NCBI GenBank assembly: GCA_036383655.1
Contig: DASVNU010000114.1
Coordinates: 1 to 48,542, forward strand
Direction: 5' to 3'
Source: Sphingomonas sp.
GTDB lineage: Bacteria; Pseudomonadota; Alphaproteobacteria; Sphingomonadales; Sphingomonadaceae
Length of the DNA: 48,542 bases
The stretch's first letter is position 1, and each line of letters opens with the position of its first letter. The position numbers and the translations under genes were made by a program. Under the pieces are notes generated by a model, which was not told the origin of the DNA, did no database searches, and saw nothing but the letters and a program-made list of their open reading frames with translations. Positions 39,193-48,542 of the stretch are shown here, in pieces.

Positions 39193-39903
39193 CTAGCTTC
39201 CCGGGCGCGCCGGGATCGTCACGCCCTTCTGCACCGCCGGCCGCGCCAGGCCACGGTCGAGCCACGCCGCGACGTTCGTGAACGTGTCGAATTCGACAAT
39301 CTCGCGCGCTTCGTAAAAGCCGATCAGGTTCCGCACCCAGCCCAAAGTCGCGATGTCGGCGATCGTATAATCGTCGCCCATGATCCAGGTCCGGTCATCG
39401 AGCCGGCCATCGAGCACGCGGAGCAGCCGCTTGCTTTCGGCGACGTAGCGGTCGCGCGGGCGTTTGTCCTCATAGTCCTTTCCGGCGAATTTGTTGAAGA
39501 AGCCGAGCTGGCCGAACATCGGCCCCACCCCGCCCATCTGCCACATCAGCCAGGCGATCGTTTCCCAGCGCTGGGCGGGATCGGCTGAAATGAACTTGCC
39601 GGTCTTGTCGGCAAGATAGAGCAGGATCGCGCCGGTTTCGAACAGGCCCAGCGGCTTGCCGCCGGGACCGTCGGGGTCGACGATCGCCGGAATCTTGCCG
39701 TTGGGATTGAGGCTCTCGAACTCGGGCGACTTCTGCTCGTCCTTGGCGAAATCGACCAGATGCGCCTCGTACGGCAGCCCCAATTCCTCGAGCATGATCG
39801 TCACCTTCACCCCGTTGGGCGTCGGCAGGCCGTAATATTGAATGACATTCGGGTCGGCGGCGGGCCACTTCTTCGTGATCGGGAAGGACGACAGATCGGC
39901 CAC
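39193..39903 (-). CDS. Glutathione S-transferase, YfcG/Nu-class-like
   Basis: PTPNGVK, NPNGKIPAI, FETGAIL, WQMGGVGPMFGQ; GTG start after AAGGAG. Confidence 0.92.
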   Translation of the reverse strand: MADLSSFPITKKWPAADPNVIQYYGLPTPNGVKVTIMLEELGLPYEAHLVDFAKDEQKSPEFESLNPNGKIPAIVDPDGPGGKPLGLFETGAILLYLADKTGKFISADPAQRWETIAWLMWQMGGVGPMFGQLGFFNKFAGKDYEDKRPRDRYVAESKRLLRVLDGRLDDRTWIMGDDYTIADIATLGWVRNLIGFYEAREIVEFDTFTNVAAWLDRGLARPAVQKGVTIPARPGS

Positions 39904-39973
39904 GCGGCATCTCCTTGAGCTTGGGTCTGGCGAGTAGATAGGCAAGCCGCCCGCGCACCGCTATGGGCGGGAT

Positions 39974-41128
39974 ATGCAACCAGGCGATCTTCGTGTCGCG
40001 CTGTTCAGCGGTAACTATAATTACACGCGGGACGGCGCCAATCAGGCGCTCAATCTGCTGGTCGGGCATCTGCTCGATCGCGGGGTGCGGGTGCGCGTCT
40101 ATTCGCCGACCGTCGACGAGCCCGCCTTCCCGCCGACCGGCGATCTGGTCAGCGTGCCAGCGATTCCGATGCCGGCTGGCCGCGCCGAATATAAATTGGC
40201 GCGCGGCCTGCCGAAAAAGGTGCGCGCCGACCTGGAGGCGTTCGCGCCGAATCTCGTCCACGTTTCCGCGCCCGAAATCCTCGGCCACCGCGCGGTTACC
40301 TGGGCGCGCAGGCACAACATCGCCTCGGTCGCCTCGTTCCACACGCGGTTCGATACCTATCCGCGTTACTATCATATCGGCTTTCTGGAGCCGCTGCTGA
40401 TCAAGATGATGACGCGCTTTTACAACCGCTTCGACGAAGTGGTGGTGCCATCGAACTCGGTCGCCGACCTGATCAAATCCTGGGGCGTGAGCGCGCCGGT
40501 CAGCATCTGGTCGCGCGGGGTCAACCATGACCGCTTCAACCCTGGCCGCCGCGATCTCGCCTGGCGTCGCGCGCTCGGCATCGCCGACGACGAAGTGGCG
40601 GTCGGCTTTCTCGGCCGGCTGGTGCACGAAAAGGGGCTCGATATTTTCGCCGACGTGGTCACCGACCTCAGCCGGCGCGGCGTTCGTCACAAAGTGCTGG
40701 TCGTCGGCGACGGTCCGGCGCGAGCGTGGTTCGCCGATCGCGTGCCCGACGCGGTGTTCGCCGGCTTTCAGAGCGGCGACGATCTCGGCCGCGCGGTGGC
40801 GGGGATGGACGTGTTCTTCAACCCTTCCGTTACCGAGACGTTCGGCAACGTTACCTCCGAAGCGATGGCGGCGGGCGTTGCGGTAGTCGCCGCGCGCGCG
40901 ACCGGCGCGGTCGATTTGATCGAGGACGGGGTCAACGGGTTCCTGGTCCCGCCGCGCGACGTCAAGGCCTATGCCGACGCGATCCAGCGGCTGATCGAGG
41001 ACGATTCGCTGCGCGCCTCTGCGGGCGCATCAGGGCATGCCAAGGCGCAGGCCTATGTCTGGGGTCCGGTCAACGAAGTGGTGCTGCAGACCTATCTCGA
41101 GGTGATGGCGCGGCGCGACGGCGCCTGA
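39974..41128 (+). CDS. GT4 family glycosyltransferase
   Basis: DGA, HT, GRLVHEKG, ETFGNVTSEAMAAG (EX7E). Confidence 0.92.
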   Translation: MQPGDLRVALFSGNYNYTRDGANQALNLLVGHLLDRGVRVRVYSPTVDEPAFPPTGDLVSVPAIPMPAGRAEYKLARGLPKKVRADLEAFAPNLVHVSAPEILGHRAVTWARRHNIASVASFHTRFDTYPRYYHIGFLEPLLIKMMTRFYNRFDEVVVPSNSVADLIKSWGVSAPVSIWSRGVNHDRFNPGRRDLAWRRALGIADDEVAVGFLGRLVHEKGLDIFADVVTDLSRRGVRHKVLVVGDGPARAWFADRVPDAVFAGFQSGDDLGRAVAGMDVFFNPSVTETFGNVTSEAMAAGVAVVAARATGAVDLIEDGVNGFLVPPRDVKAYADAIQRLIEDDSLRASAGASGHAKAQAYVWGPVNEVVLQTYLEVMARRDGA

Positions 41129-41472
41129 ACACCAGGCTCGAGGCCCAGGTCGCGCCCGATCGCCTCGATATCGGCGCCGGCGGGCACCAGGCGCCAGGTG
41201 TCGGGGCGGCTGGTATCGACCAACGTCACCGCGCCGCGCGGACAGACGCCAAGGCATTTGACCTCGATCAGCCCGACCGGCGATTTGCGTCCCTTCTTGA
41301 GCCCGAACCGCTTGCGTAGCGCCTTGCCCAGGCTGGTCTTGCCCTTGCGCCCGAACCCGCCGTCGAGCTTCCTCGAGCATTTGGAGCACACCAGGATCGC
41401 CCCCGACCAGCGGCTTTCGAGTCCGCGGCCCAGCGCGCCCAGTTCGTCGGTTACTAACTCGTCGACCGCCAC
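41092..41472 (-). CDS. Putative thioredoxin-like (2Fe-2S) ferredoxin
   Basis: LVCSKC and KCLGVCP Cys pattern; start uncertain. Confidence 0.55.
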   Translation of the reverse strand: MAVDELVTDELGALGRGLESRWSGAILVCSKCSRKLDGGFGRKGKTSLGKALRKRFGLKKGRKSPVGLIEVKCLGVCPRGAVTLVDTSRPDTWRLVPAGADIEAIGRDLGLEPGVQAPSRRAITSR

Positions 41473-41993
41473 GTCCGGTTTTCCTCTGCGACGCGCAACA
41501 CGTCATAGGCCGCCTGGATCGACTGAAAGCGTTTCGCGGCTTCCTCGTCCCCCGGGCGAACGTCAGGATGCCATTCCTTGGCCAGCTTGCGCCACGCCGC
41601 TCGGACCGCGTCGAAATCGGCATCGGTATCGAGTTCGAGCACGTCGAGCGCGCGCATTTCGTCGCGCGATCGGCTGCCATCGCCCGATCCGCCCCAAGTG
41701 TAATGCCGCGCCTCGGCATAGCCGTTCGCCGTCCGCGTCTCGGCGGCTTCGCGCTCGGCGGCTTCCTCGGCGGTCAGCCCTTCGAAATAATTCCAGCCGC
41801 GATTATATTCGGCGGCGTGTTCCTGACAGAAATACCAGCGCTCGGGACTGTTGGGTGATTTGGGCGCGGGGCAATTGCCCGGCTGGTCGCAGCCGTGGCG
41901 ATCGCACATTCGGACCCTCGTCGCCTCGCGCGTCGAGCCGTAGCTGCCCCAGCGGGGGAAACCCCAGTTGTCGGATCGGGTCGGACGCGCCAT
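41454..41993 (-). CDS. J-domain protein with N-terminal Cys/His cluster
   Basis: WHPD J-domain at the C-terminus; CDRHGC...CPAPK...FCQEH. Confidence 0.9.
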   Translation of the reverse strand: MARPTRSDNWGFPRWGSYGSTREATRVRMCDRHGCDQPGNCPAPKSPNSPERWYFCQEHAAEYNRGWNYFEGLTAEEAAEREAAETRTANGYAEARHYTWGGSGDGSRSRDEMRALDVLELDTDADFDAVRAAWRKLAKEWHPDVRPGDEEAAKRFQSIQAAYDVLRVAEENRTWRSTS

Positions 41994-42180
41994 CGCCCTC
42001 ACTTAGTCAGACGCGTTGCGGATTGCCACCGGGTCGGGCAGGGAAAGTGATCGAATCGCCATGGGTGAAAGCGGCATGCGAGTAAATCGCATGCCGTCGG
42101 CCCTCGCCGGCGCGAGGCCGACCGCGCTCATGCGCGTGCTTGTGCACCGGCGATTAGCTTTCGCTAATCGCCGCGCATGA

Positions 42181-42541
<361 letters not shown>

Positions 42542-42546
42542 AAGGA

Positions 42547-42575
42547 GCGTTAGTGTCTTCCGGCAAGAGCGGCAA
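42547..42575 (-). promoter_or_regulatory. Putative sigma70 promoter of rnpB
   Basis: TTGCCG-N17-TAACGC ending 5 nt before the P1 stem. Confidence 0.5.
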
Positions 42576-42580
42576 CAAAT

Positions 42581-42605
42581 TCCCTCACCCCTTGTGGGAG
42601 AGGGA
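42581..42605. repeat. Degenerate family B hairpin remnant
   Basis: TCCCTCACCCCTTGTGGGAGAGGGA right after the amidase stop. Confidence 0.55.
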
Positions 42606-42606
42606 G

Positions 42607-43296
42607 TTATTCGTCGCCTTGCGGTTTGGGCAGGAGCAACGCCAGCAGCAGGCAGCGGCACTCGCCATCGATCTCGCCGTCGATCAGTTCGGGACGGAAG
42701 CGACGCTGGAAGGCGACGACCGCGGCGAGCTTGTCGGTCACTTCATAGCCGAAGCGCTCGAGCGCGAGCAGGAAGCCGGCGTCGCTCCACAACGGGTCCA
42801 TCAGATTCCTGGTCGGCCGCGGCAGGGCGAGGCGCACGCGCGCCAGCCGAGCCCAGGGGAAAAGTTCGCCCGGATCCTGTTTCCTGGTCGGCGCGATGTC
42901 CGAATGACCGACGATATTGCCGCGCGTGATCTCGTAGCGATCCTTGATCTCACTGAGCAGCGGGATCAGCGCCTCGATCTGCGCCGGCGCGAACTCGCGA
43001 TAGCCGAACTCGTGCCCGGGATTGACCAATTCGATCCCGATCGACGCCGAATTGATGTCGGTGATCCCGCGCCAATGCGATTGGCCCGCATGCCAGGCGC
43101 GTTTGTCCTCGGCCACCAGGCGGTGGATCGTCCCGTCCTCGTCGATCAGATAATGCGCCGACACCTCGGCCGCCGGATCGGTCAGGCGGGCAAGCGCCGC
43201 CGCCGCGCTTTGCATGCCGGTATAATGCAGCACGATCATCGAAACCGGCAGCTGCCGCTCGTTGAAATTGGGCGACGGGGTTTCGACGATGCTCAC
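42607..43296 (-). CDS. N-acetylmuramoyl-L-alanine amidase (AmpD/AmiD type)
   Basis: SPNFNER, IVLHYT, VSAHY, RAWHAG, SIGIE, GHSDIAPTRKQDPG. Confidence 0.94.
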   Translation of the reverse strand: MSIVETPSPNFNERQLPVSMIVLHYTGMQSAAAALARLTDPAAEVSAHYLIDEDGTIHRLVAEDKRAWHAGQSHWRGITDINSASIGIELVNPGHEFGYREFAPAQIEALIPLLSEIKDRYEITRGNIVGHSDIAPTRKQDPGELFPWARLARVRLALPRPTRNLMDPLWSDAGFLLALERFGYEVTDKLAAVVAFQRRFRPELIDGEIDGECRCLLLALLLPKPQGDE

Positions 43297-43345
43297 GCGC
43301 GCTGGATTGCGGCGAAGCGGCGTGAAAGTAAACCGGGGACAGGTC

Positions 43346-44164
43346 CTAGGCGGCCGCTGCGTTAGTCCAATTCGGCTCGTACAGCCCGCGATAGCGCTGG
43401 CTCGGGCGGAACGCGTCGGTCTGGCCGATCACCGTCTCGCCGGCGCCGAGCACCAGCACGCCGTCGGGCCGCAGCACCTGAGCGAGCCGGCCGAGCACCG
43501 CGCGACGCACGTCGAGCGAGAAATACAGCAGCACGTTGCGACACAGGATGACGTCGAACCGACCGATCGGCAGCGAATCGGCGACCAAATTCATCCGGCG
43601 GAACGCGACCATCCGCGTCAGCCCCGGATTCGCGATCCAGTCACCGTCGACCGAATCGAACCATTGCATCATCCGCCGGATCGGCAGACCGCGCTGGATT
43701 TCGAACTGGGTGTAGCGTCCGGCGCGTGCCTTATTGAGCGCCGATTCGGAGACGTCGGTCGCGAGGATTTCCGGCATCTGGTGGTCCAGCTTTTCGGCGA
43801 ACAGCATCGCCAGGCTGAGCGGCTCCTGCCCGGTCGAACACCCCGTCGACCAGATTCGCGCGCGCCGCGTATCGGGAACCGCCGACACCGCCTGCTCGAC
43901 GATGTCGAACACCGCCGCATCGCGGAAGAACGAGCTTTCCTGGTTGAGCAATTCGTCGACCACCCGGTCGGCGAGCGGTCCGCTGCGATCGGCGCGAACC
44001 GCGGCCGCGAGCTTCTCCAGCGTCTCGTGCCCGGTATCGCGCATCACCGATTTTAGCGCGGTTTCGACGCGCCAGTTGCGATTCGCGCCCATCTGCTGGC
44101 CGGTGCGCGCCTCGAGCAGCGCGATGAATTCGGCGACGGCACCCGCGGGACGCGGGGTCAGCAT
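43346..44164 (-). CDS. cheR: Chemotaxis methyltransferase
   Basis: ESSFFRD, IWSTGCSTGQEP, CRNVLLYF, LGAGE. Confidence 0.94.
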   Translation of the reverse strand: MLTPRPAGAVAEFIALLEARTGQQMGANRNWRVETALKSVMRDTGHETLEKLAAAVRADRSGPLADRVVDELLNQESSFFRDAAVFDIVEQAVSAVPDTRRARIWSTGCSTGQEPLSLAMLFAEKLDHQMPEILATDVSESALNKARAGRYTQFEIQRGLPIRRMMQWFDSVDGDWIANPGLTRMVAFRRMNLVADSLPIGRFDVILCRNVLLYFSLDVRRAVLGRLAQVLRPDGVLVLGAGETVIGQTDAFRPSQRYRGLYEPNWTNAAAA

Positions 44165-45219
44165 GACGGCCGTCGGCGGCGCGCGATCAATTGACCGATC
44201 TCATCGGGCGGCAGGATAGCGTCCGCGACTCCGCCCGAAACGACGGCGCCCGGCATACCCCAAACGACCGACGACGCACGATCCTGCACCACGACACTGC
44301 CCCCGGCAGCGGACAAGCGCCCGGCACCGATCGCGCCGTCGCGGCCCATCCCGCTCAGCACCACGCCGAGCGCGCGCGCGCCATAGACCTCGGCCACCGA
44401 TTGCAGCATCGGGTCGACCGACGGCAGACAGCCGCTGGCCGACGCCACGGTCGAAAGTCGTATCACGACGTTATCGCCCATGGTGACACAACGCATATGG
44501 GCGCGGCCAGGTGCCACCAGGATGCGGCCGGGACGAACGCGGACGCGGTCCTCGGCTACTTCGCACGGCCGATTGGCCAGCACCGCGACCTGTGCCGCGA
44601 AATAGGGCATGAACGATTCGGGCAAATGCTGGGTGATCAGGATCGGCAAGCGGAAGTCGGCCGGTAACGCTCGGAGCAACTGGCTGAGCGCGTGGATGCC
44701 ACCGGTCGATGCGCCGATCGCGACGACGTCATAATCGTTGCCCGGGGCGACCGCCGCCGCCGGAGTCCGCGGCGCGACGACCTCATCGGCTTCGACCAAT
44801 CGGACGAGACGCTCGTTGAGCTGGTCGCCGAACCGCCCGGCAAAGGCGCCGACTTCGGGCTTTACCAGCGTGTCCGCCGCACCCAGCGCCAGCGCCTGGA
44901 CCGTCGCCGCGGCGCCGTCGGCACACGCCGAGGACACGATCAGCACGCGGGCGCCCTGCCCCGCCGCGATCAGATCGGGCAATGCGGTCAGGCCGTCGAC
45001 CCCCGGCATCTCGATATCGAGCAGGATCACGTCGACGCGATGCCGCGCCAGGAATGCCAGCGCCGCCTGGGCGTCGGGCACGGCACCAGCCACCAGGAAG
45101 CGACCGGCACCGTCGATCGCGCGCGCGATCACGGCCCGCGCGACGACCGAATCGTCGACGATCAGAACCGAGGGAGCCGCCTCGAAATCGGCAATATCGG
45201 AAGGCTTGCTGGCCACCAC
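44158..45219 (-). CDS. cheB: Chemotaxis methylesterase
   Basis: REC domain (DD, LDIEMP), GASTGG, TQH, SGMGRDG; start approximate. Confidence 0.94.
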   Translation of the reverse strand: MVASKPSDIADFEAAPSVLIVDDSVVARAVIARAIDGAGRFLVAGAVPDAQAALAFLARHRVDVILLDIEMPGVDGLTALPDLIAAGQGARVLIVSSACADGAAATVQALALGAADTLVKPEVGAFAGRFGDQLNERLVRLVEADEVVAPRTPAAAVAPGNDYDVVAIGASTGGIHALSQLLRALPADFRLPILITQHLPESFMPYFAAQVAVLANRPCEVAEDRVRVRPGRILVAPGRAHMRCVTMGDNVVIRLSTVASASGCLPSVDPMLQSVAEVYGARALGVVLSGMGRDGAIGAGRLSAAGGSVVVQDRASSVVWGMPGAVVSGGVADAILPPDEIGQLIARRRRPSC

Positions 45220-45232
45220 GGCACCGGCGCGC

Positions 45233-45598
45233 TTACGCCAGGCCAACGATCTGGAGCTTCGATTCCAGTGTTTCGCGATCGAACGGCTTCATTACATATT
45301 CGTCGGCGCCCGCCTCGATCGCGGCGCGGATATAAGCCATGCCGTTCTCGGTCGTGCAGAACACCACCTTGGGCCGGCTCGACAGCGCGGTGTCGCGCAG
45401 CGCGCGCAGGAAATCCATTCCGCTCATCACCGGCATGTTCCAGTCGAGCAGGATCACGTCGGGAACCGACGCCAAGCAGCTGTCGAGCGCCTCCTTGCCG
45501 TCGGCGGCCTCGCTCACCTCGAAATTCAGCGTCTCGAGGATATGGCGGGCGACCTTACGGATCACCTTGGAATCATCGACAACCAGACACGTCTTCAT
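45233..45598 (-). CDS. cheY: Single-domain response regulator
   Basis: VVDD, LDWNMP, CTT, MKPF; lies within the che operon. Confidence 0.92.
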   Translation of the reverse strand: MKTCLVVDDSKVIRKVARHILETLNFEVSEAADGKEALDSCLASVPDVILLDWNMPVMSGMDFLRALRDTALSSRPKVVFCTTENGMAYIRAAIEAGADEYVMKPFDRETLESKLQIVGLA

Positions 45599-45660
45599 GA
45601 CCGAAACACCCTGTTACTATGCCCGCCAACGGGTTTAGCCGCTAAACCGTGATCACGCGG

Positions 45661-46104
45661 TTAATTGATTGCATTCGCGTCGTTTGATGGCCCGTGGACG
45701 AGCGCGGTGAGGTCGATCGCCAGAATCGGCTCGCCGTCGCGCTCGATCGCGCCGCAACCGGCCTGGCGCCATCCGGCATCGAGCCCGATTCCCGACGGCA
45801 ACGGAACGGCGACGAACGGCGCGACATCCTCGAGGCTGTCGACCAGCACGGCATAATGATGTCCATCGACCACCGTGATGACGGCGCGCGACCCGGCGAT
45901 CGCCAGCTTGGGCAGGCCGAGCGCGGCATGCGTATCGATCACCGTCACTACCCGGCTGCGCAACGCGGCCAGCCCACGAATATGCGGCGCCGCGCGCGGC
46001 GTTGGGGTGACCGCGCCGATATCGACCACCGATTCGACTTGCGCCGAATCGATCGCGACTCCGCGGCCGGCGATGTGCGCGATCAGGAACAGCTGCTCGC
46101 TCAT
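45661..46104 (-). CDS. cheW: CheW adaptor
   Basis: TPTPRAAPHIRGLAALRSRVVTVID. Confidence 0.9.
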   Translation of the reverse strand: MSEQLFLIAHIAGRGVAIDSAQVESVVDIGAVTPTPRAAPHIRGLAALRSRVVTVIDTHAALGLPKLAIAGSRAVITVVDGHHYAVLVDSLEDVAPFVAVPLPSGIGLDAGWRQAGCGAIERDGEPILAIDLTALVHGPSNDANAIN

Positions 46105-48416
46105 GCCACATTCACCCGTTTGGCGACCGCCGCGAGCAGGCCGACGCGGTCATAGCGATAGACTCGATCGTCGCTGCCCATGTCGCGCCGATCGTTGCTG
46201 AGCCGAAGCACCCTGCCGTCGCGTGTCGCGCTTGGCGCCGCATCGGTGGTGAGAATCACTGCGGGTTGCTCGTCGGCGCTGGCCTTGGTCGAGACACGAT
46301 ACCCGGCCTGTTCGAGCACCGGCTTGAGGAAGGTGGCGATCCAGCTGTCGGCCCGACCGTCGATCAGGCAGAGCGGCGCGCCCGGCAGGACGGAATCGCC
46401 GCCGGCATCGGGGCCGAGCAGCCATTGCGGATCGATCAGTTCGACCTGGTCATCGCCGATCACGATGACGCCCAGGATCGGCCCCGGCTGCGCCGATGGT
46501 GAGATGTCGGCCGGAATGGCGACGATATCGACCGGCTCGGCGATCGCATAAGCAATCTCGGCGTCGCCGTCCTTGATCCTCAACACCGCGAGTTCGGCAT
46601 GCCCTTCGATCTCGCCCAGCGCGGCGAGCGGGATGATGCGATCGTCGATCAACAAACGCATGCGACCGCCGCTGAAGCGCACGTTGGACGCATGGATCGT
46701 CTCGACGCGGTCGACGATCGCCAGCGGTACGGCGCGGCGTCGGCCATCGAGATCGTCGAACAACAAAGCGTCGACCGAGACAGCCTCGGGCTCGATCACC
46801 GCATCGTCTTCGACCAACGCATCGCGCGAGAAATTGATCCCCGCCGCGGCAGCGACGCCGGCGCAATCCAGGAGGAGCATCGGCGAACCGCTGTCGGGCA
46901 AGGTCTGGCCGGCATAGATGCCCGTCGCCATCACCGCCGGCGATGCGGGCTTGATCACCAATTCCTCATGATCGAGCACCGAATCGACCGCGACCGCGAA
47001 ACTGCCGCCGCTCGCGCTGATGATCGCGAGCATATCGGCCGAGGTCGGAGCGGCTTCACGCAGACCCAGCAACGCGGCGAGATCGACCAGCGGCATGCGG
47101 CGGTCGCGCACCGTCGCGGTGGGCGTATCGCCCAGCAGGTCGATGCGGATCGCATCGCCGCCGACATGGACGATCTCCTCGATCGCCTGGCGCGTGACCG
47201 CGAAACGCTGGCCGGCGATGCCGATGACGATCGCCGGGATGATCGACAAGGTCAGCGGCACGTGGATCAGGATCCGCAGTCCGCGGTCCTTGGCATTGAC
47301 CAGGTCGATGCGCCCGCCGACTTGCTCGATATTGGCGCGGACCACGTCCATCCCGACACCACGGCCGGAAATCGCGGTAACCTCGTCCTTGGTCGACAGC
47401 CCGGGTTCGAAGATCAGGTCGAGCTTGGCGCGCTCGCTCAGGATCGACAGGTCGCGGCCACGCAACTGACCCGACGCGGTGAGTTTCTGGACCAGCCGAT
47501 CGACATCGATGCCGCGGCCGTCGTCGGCGATTTCCAGGATGATCTGATTGCCCGACTGGCGCGCCGAGACGACCAGCCGGCCGACCTCGCGCTTGCCCAT
47601 GATCCGGCGCTCCGCGGCGCTTTCGATGCCATGGTCGATCGAATTGCGGATGATGTGGACGAGCGGATCGCGCATCATCTCGATCATCTCGCGATCGAGT
47701 TCGACATCGGATCCCTCGATCTGAAGCTGGACCGACTTGCCGACCTCGGCCGCGGTGTCGCGGACCATGCGCGGCAAGGCCGAGAACAAGGCGTCGACCT
47801 TTTGCATGCGCGTCCGCGTCACCGTGTCGCGCATCTCGGCGACGGTCAGCGACAGGCGGTCGAGCGCGGCTTCGATCACCGGGTCGACGTTCTGATCGCG
47901 CATGCGGCGCGCGAGTTCGTTGCGGGCCAATACCATGTCCGACATGCCCGACATCATGCGGTCGAGCAGATCGGTCGACAGCCGCACGCTGCGATTGGCA
48001 ACGCGCTGGCCGACTGGAGCCTGCTGCGCGCCAGGCGCGGCAGCTTCGGCCCCGGCGTCGAGCGCGGCGATCAGCAAATCCTCGCCGGTGTCGTCGAGCG
48101 CGGCGCCGACATCGATCGCTTCGACGATCTCTCCGATGCGGTCGACGATCGCCAGCACGGCGGTGACCAATTTCTGGTCGGGAGTCCGCTCACCCGAGCG
48201 GACGGCGGCAAGGACGTCCTCCGCGGCGTGGCTCAGGCGCGCCAGGCGCGGCAGATCGAGAAAGCCGCAGCTCCCTTTCACGGTGTGGACGAAACGGAAA
48301 ATGGCGTCGAGACGCGCACGGTCGGCCGGGTCGGCTTCCCATGCGACAATCTCGCCCGAGAGCGCATCGAGCGTCTCGCGCGTTTCGGCAATGAATTCCT
48401 GGAGCAGGTCGTCCAT
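46101..48416 (-). CDS. cheA: Chemotaxis histidine kinase
   Basis: HPt FRFVHTVKG, HIIRNSIDHG, DDGRGI, SGRGVGMDVV, two CheW-like domains. Confidence 0.96.
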   Translation of the reverse strand: MDDLLQEFIAETRETLDALSGEIVAWEADPADRARLDAIFRFVHTVKGSCGFLDLPRLARLSHAAEDVLAAVRSGERTPDQKLVTAVLAIVDRIGEIVEAIDVGAALDDTGEDLLIAALDAGAEAAAPGAQQAPVGQRVANRSVRLSTDLLDRMMSGMSDMVLARNELARRMRDQNVDPVIEAALDRLSLTVAEMRDTVTRTRMQKVDALFSALPRMVRDTAAEVGKSVQLQIEGSDVELDREMIEMMRDPLVHIIRNSIDHGIESAAERRIMGKREVGRLVVSARQSGNQIILEIADDGRGIDVDRLVQKLTASGQLRGRDLSILSERAKLDLIFEPGLSTKDEVTAISGRGVGMDVVRANIEQVGGRIDLVNAKDRGLRILIHVPLTLSIIPAIVIGIAGQRFAVTRQAIEEIVHVGGDAIRIDLLGDTPTATVRDRRMPLVDLAALLGLREAAPTSADMLAIISASGGSFAVAVDSVLDHEELVIKPASPAVMATGIYAGQTLPDSGSPMLLLDCAGVAAAAGINFSRDALVEDDAVIEPEAVSVDALLFDDLDGRRRAVPLAIVDRVETIHASNVRFSGGRMRLLIDDRIIPLAALGEIEGHAELAVLRIKDGDAEIAYAIAEPVDIVAIPADISPSAQPGPILGVIVIGDDQVELIDPQWLLGPDAGGDSVLPGAPLCLIDGRADSWIATFLKPVLEQAGYRVSTKASADEQPAVILTTDAAPSATRDGRVLRLSNDRRDMGSDDRVYRYDRVGLLAAVAKRVNVA

Positions 48417-48473
48417 GGGTCCCCGGGCTTGAAGCGCCATCGGACCTTGGACGAACAGTGGTAAAAGAGACGT

Positions 48474-48542
48474 TTACCCGGCGCGAATTGTCACGCCGAA
48501 CAACAGGATCGGCGCGTCGGGCTCCGAAATCTGCACGCTGCC
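48474..48542 (-). CDS. 3' end of an upstream gene, possibly ChpT phosphotransferase
   Basis: Open frame GSVQISEPDAPILLFGVTIRAG*; identity inferred only from the chpT-cheA gene order I recall in alphaproteobacteria. Confidence 0.45.
   Translation of the reverse strand, partial: GSVQISEPDAPILLFGVTIRAG

Overview
GC-rich alphaproteobacterial chromosomal DNA, most likely Sphingomonas or a close sphingomonad, judged from gene order, Flp pilins, CtrA- and LexA-type boxes and REP-like repeats. It is mostly core genome. In order: an orphan ParA with a partner gene and a divergent Sel1/SPOR gene; serB, miaA, ilvBNC and leuA; a folE-SDR-folB pterin operon; a TonB-dependent receptor; frmA-VOC-fghA; a SWIB protein; a GST/WYL pair; tRNA-Arg(CCT); comF-grxC-nitrilase-DUF1178; mutT; two Flp pilins; accA, xerD and aroKB; radA-cvpA-iscU-like-kef; rnpB; an amidase; and a cheA-W-Y-B-R operon. 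I saw no transposase, prophage or CRISPR array. The most notable signal is a secreted protein resembling the animal APCDD1 lipid-binding domain, translationally coupled to the pterin operon. Other signals are a Leu-rich leader peptide and long stem before leuA, three families of palindromic intergenic repeats, a palindromic operator for the WYL regulator, CtrA and LexA boxes, and an unexplained hairpin after ilvC. All calls come from reading the sequence by eye; no database searches were run.
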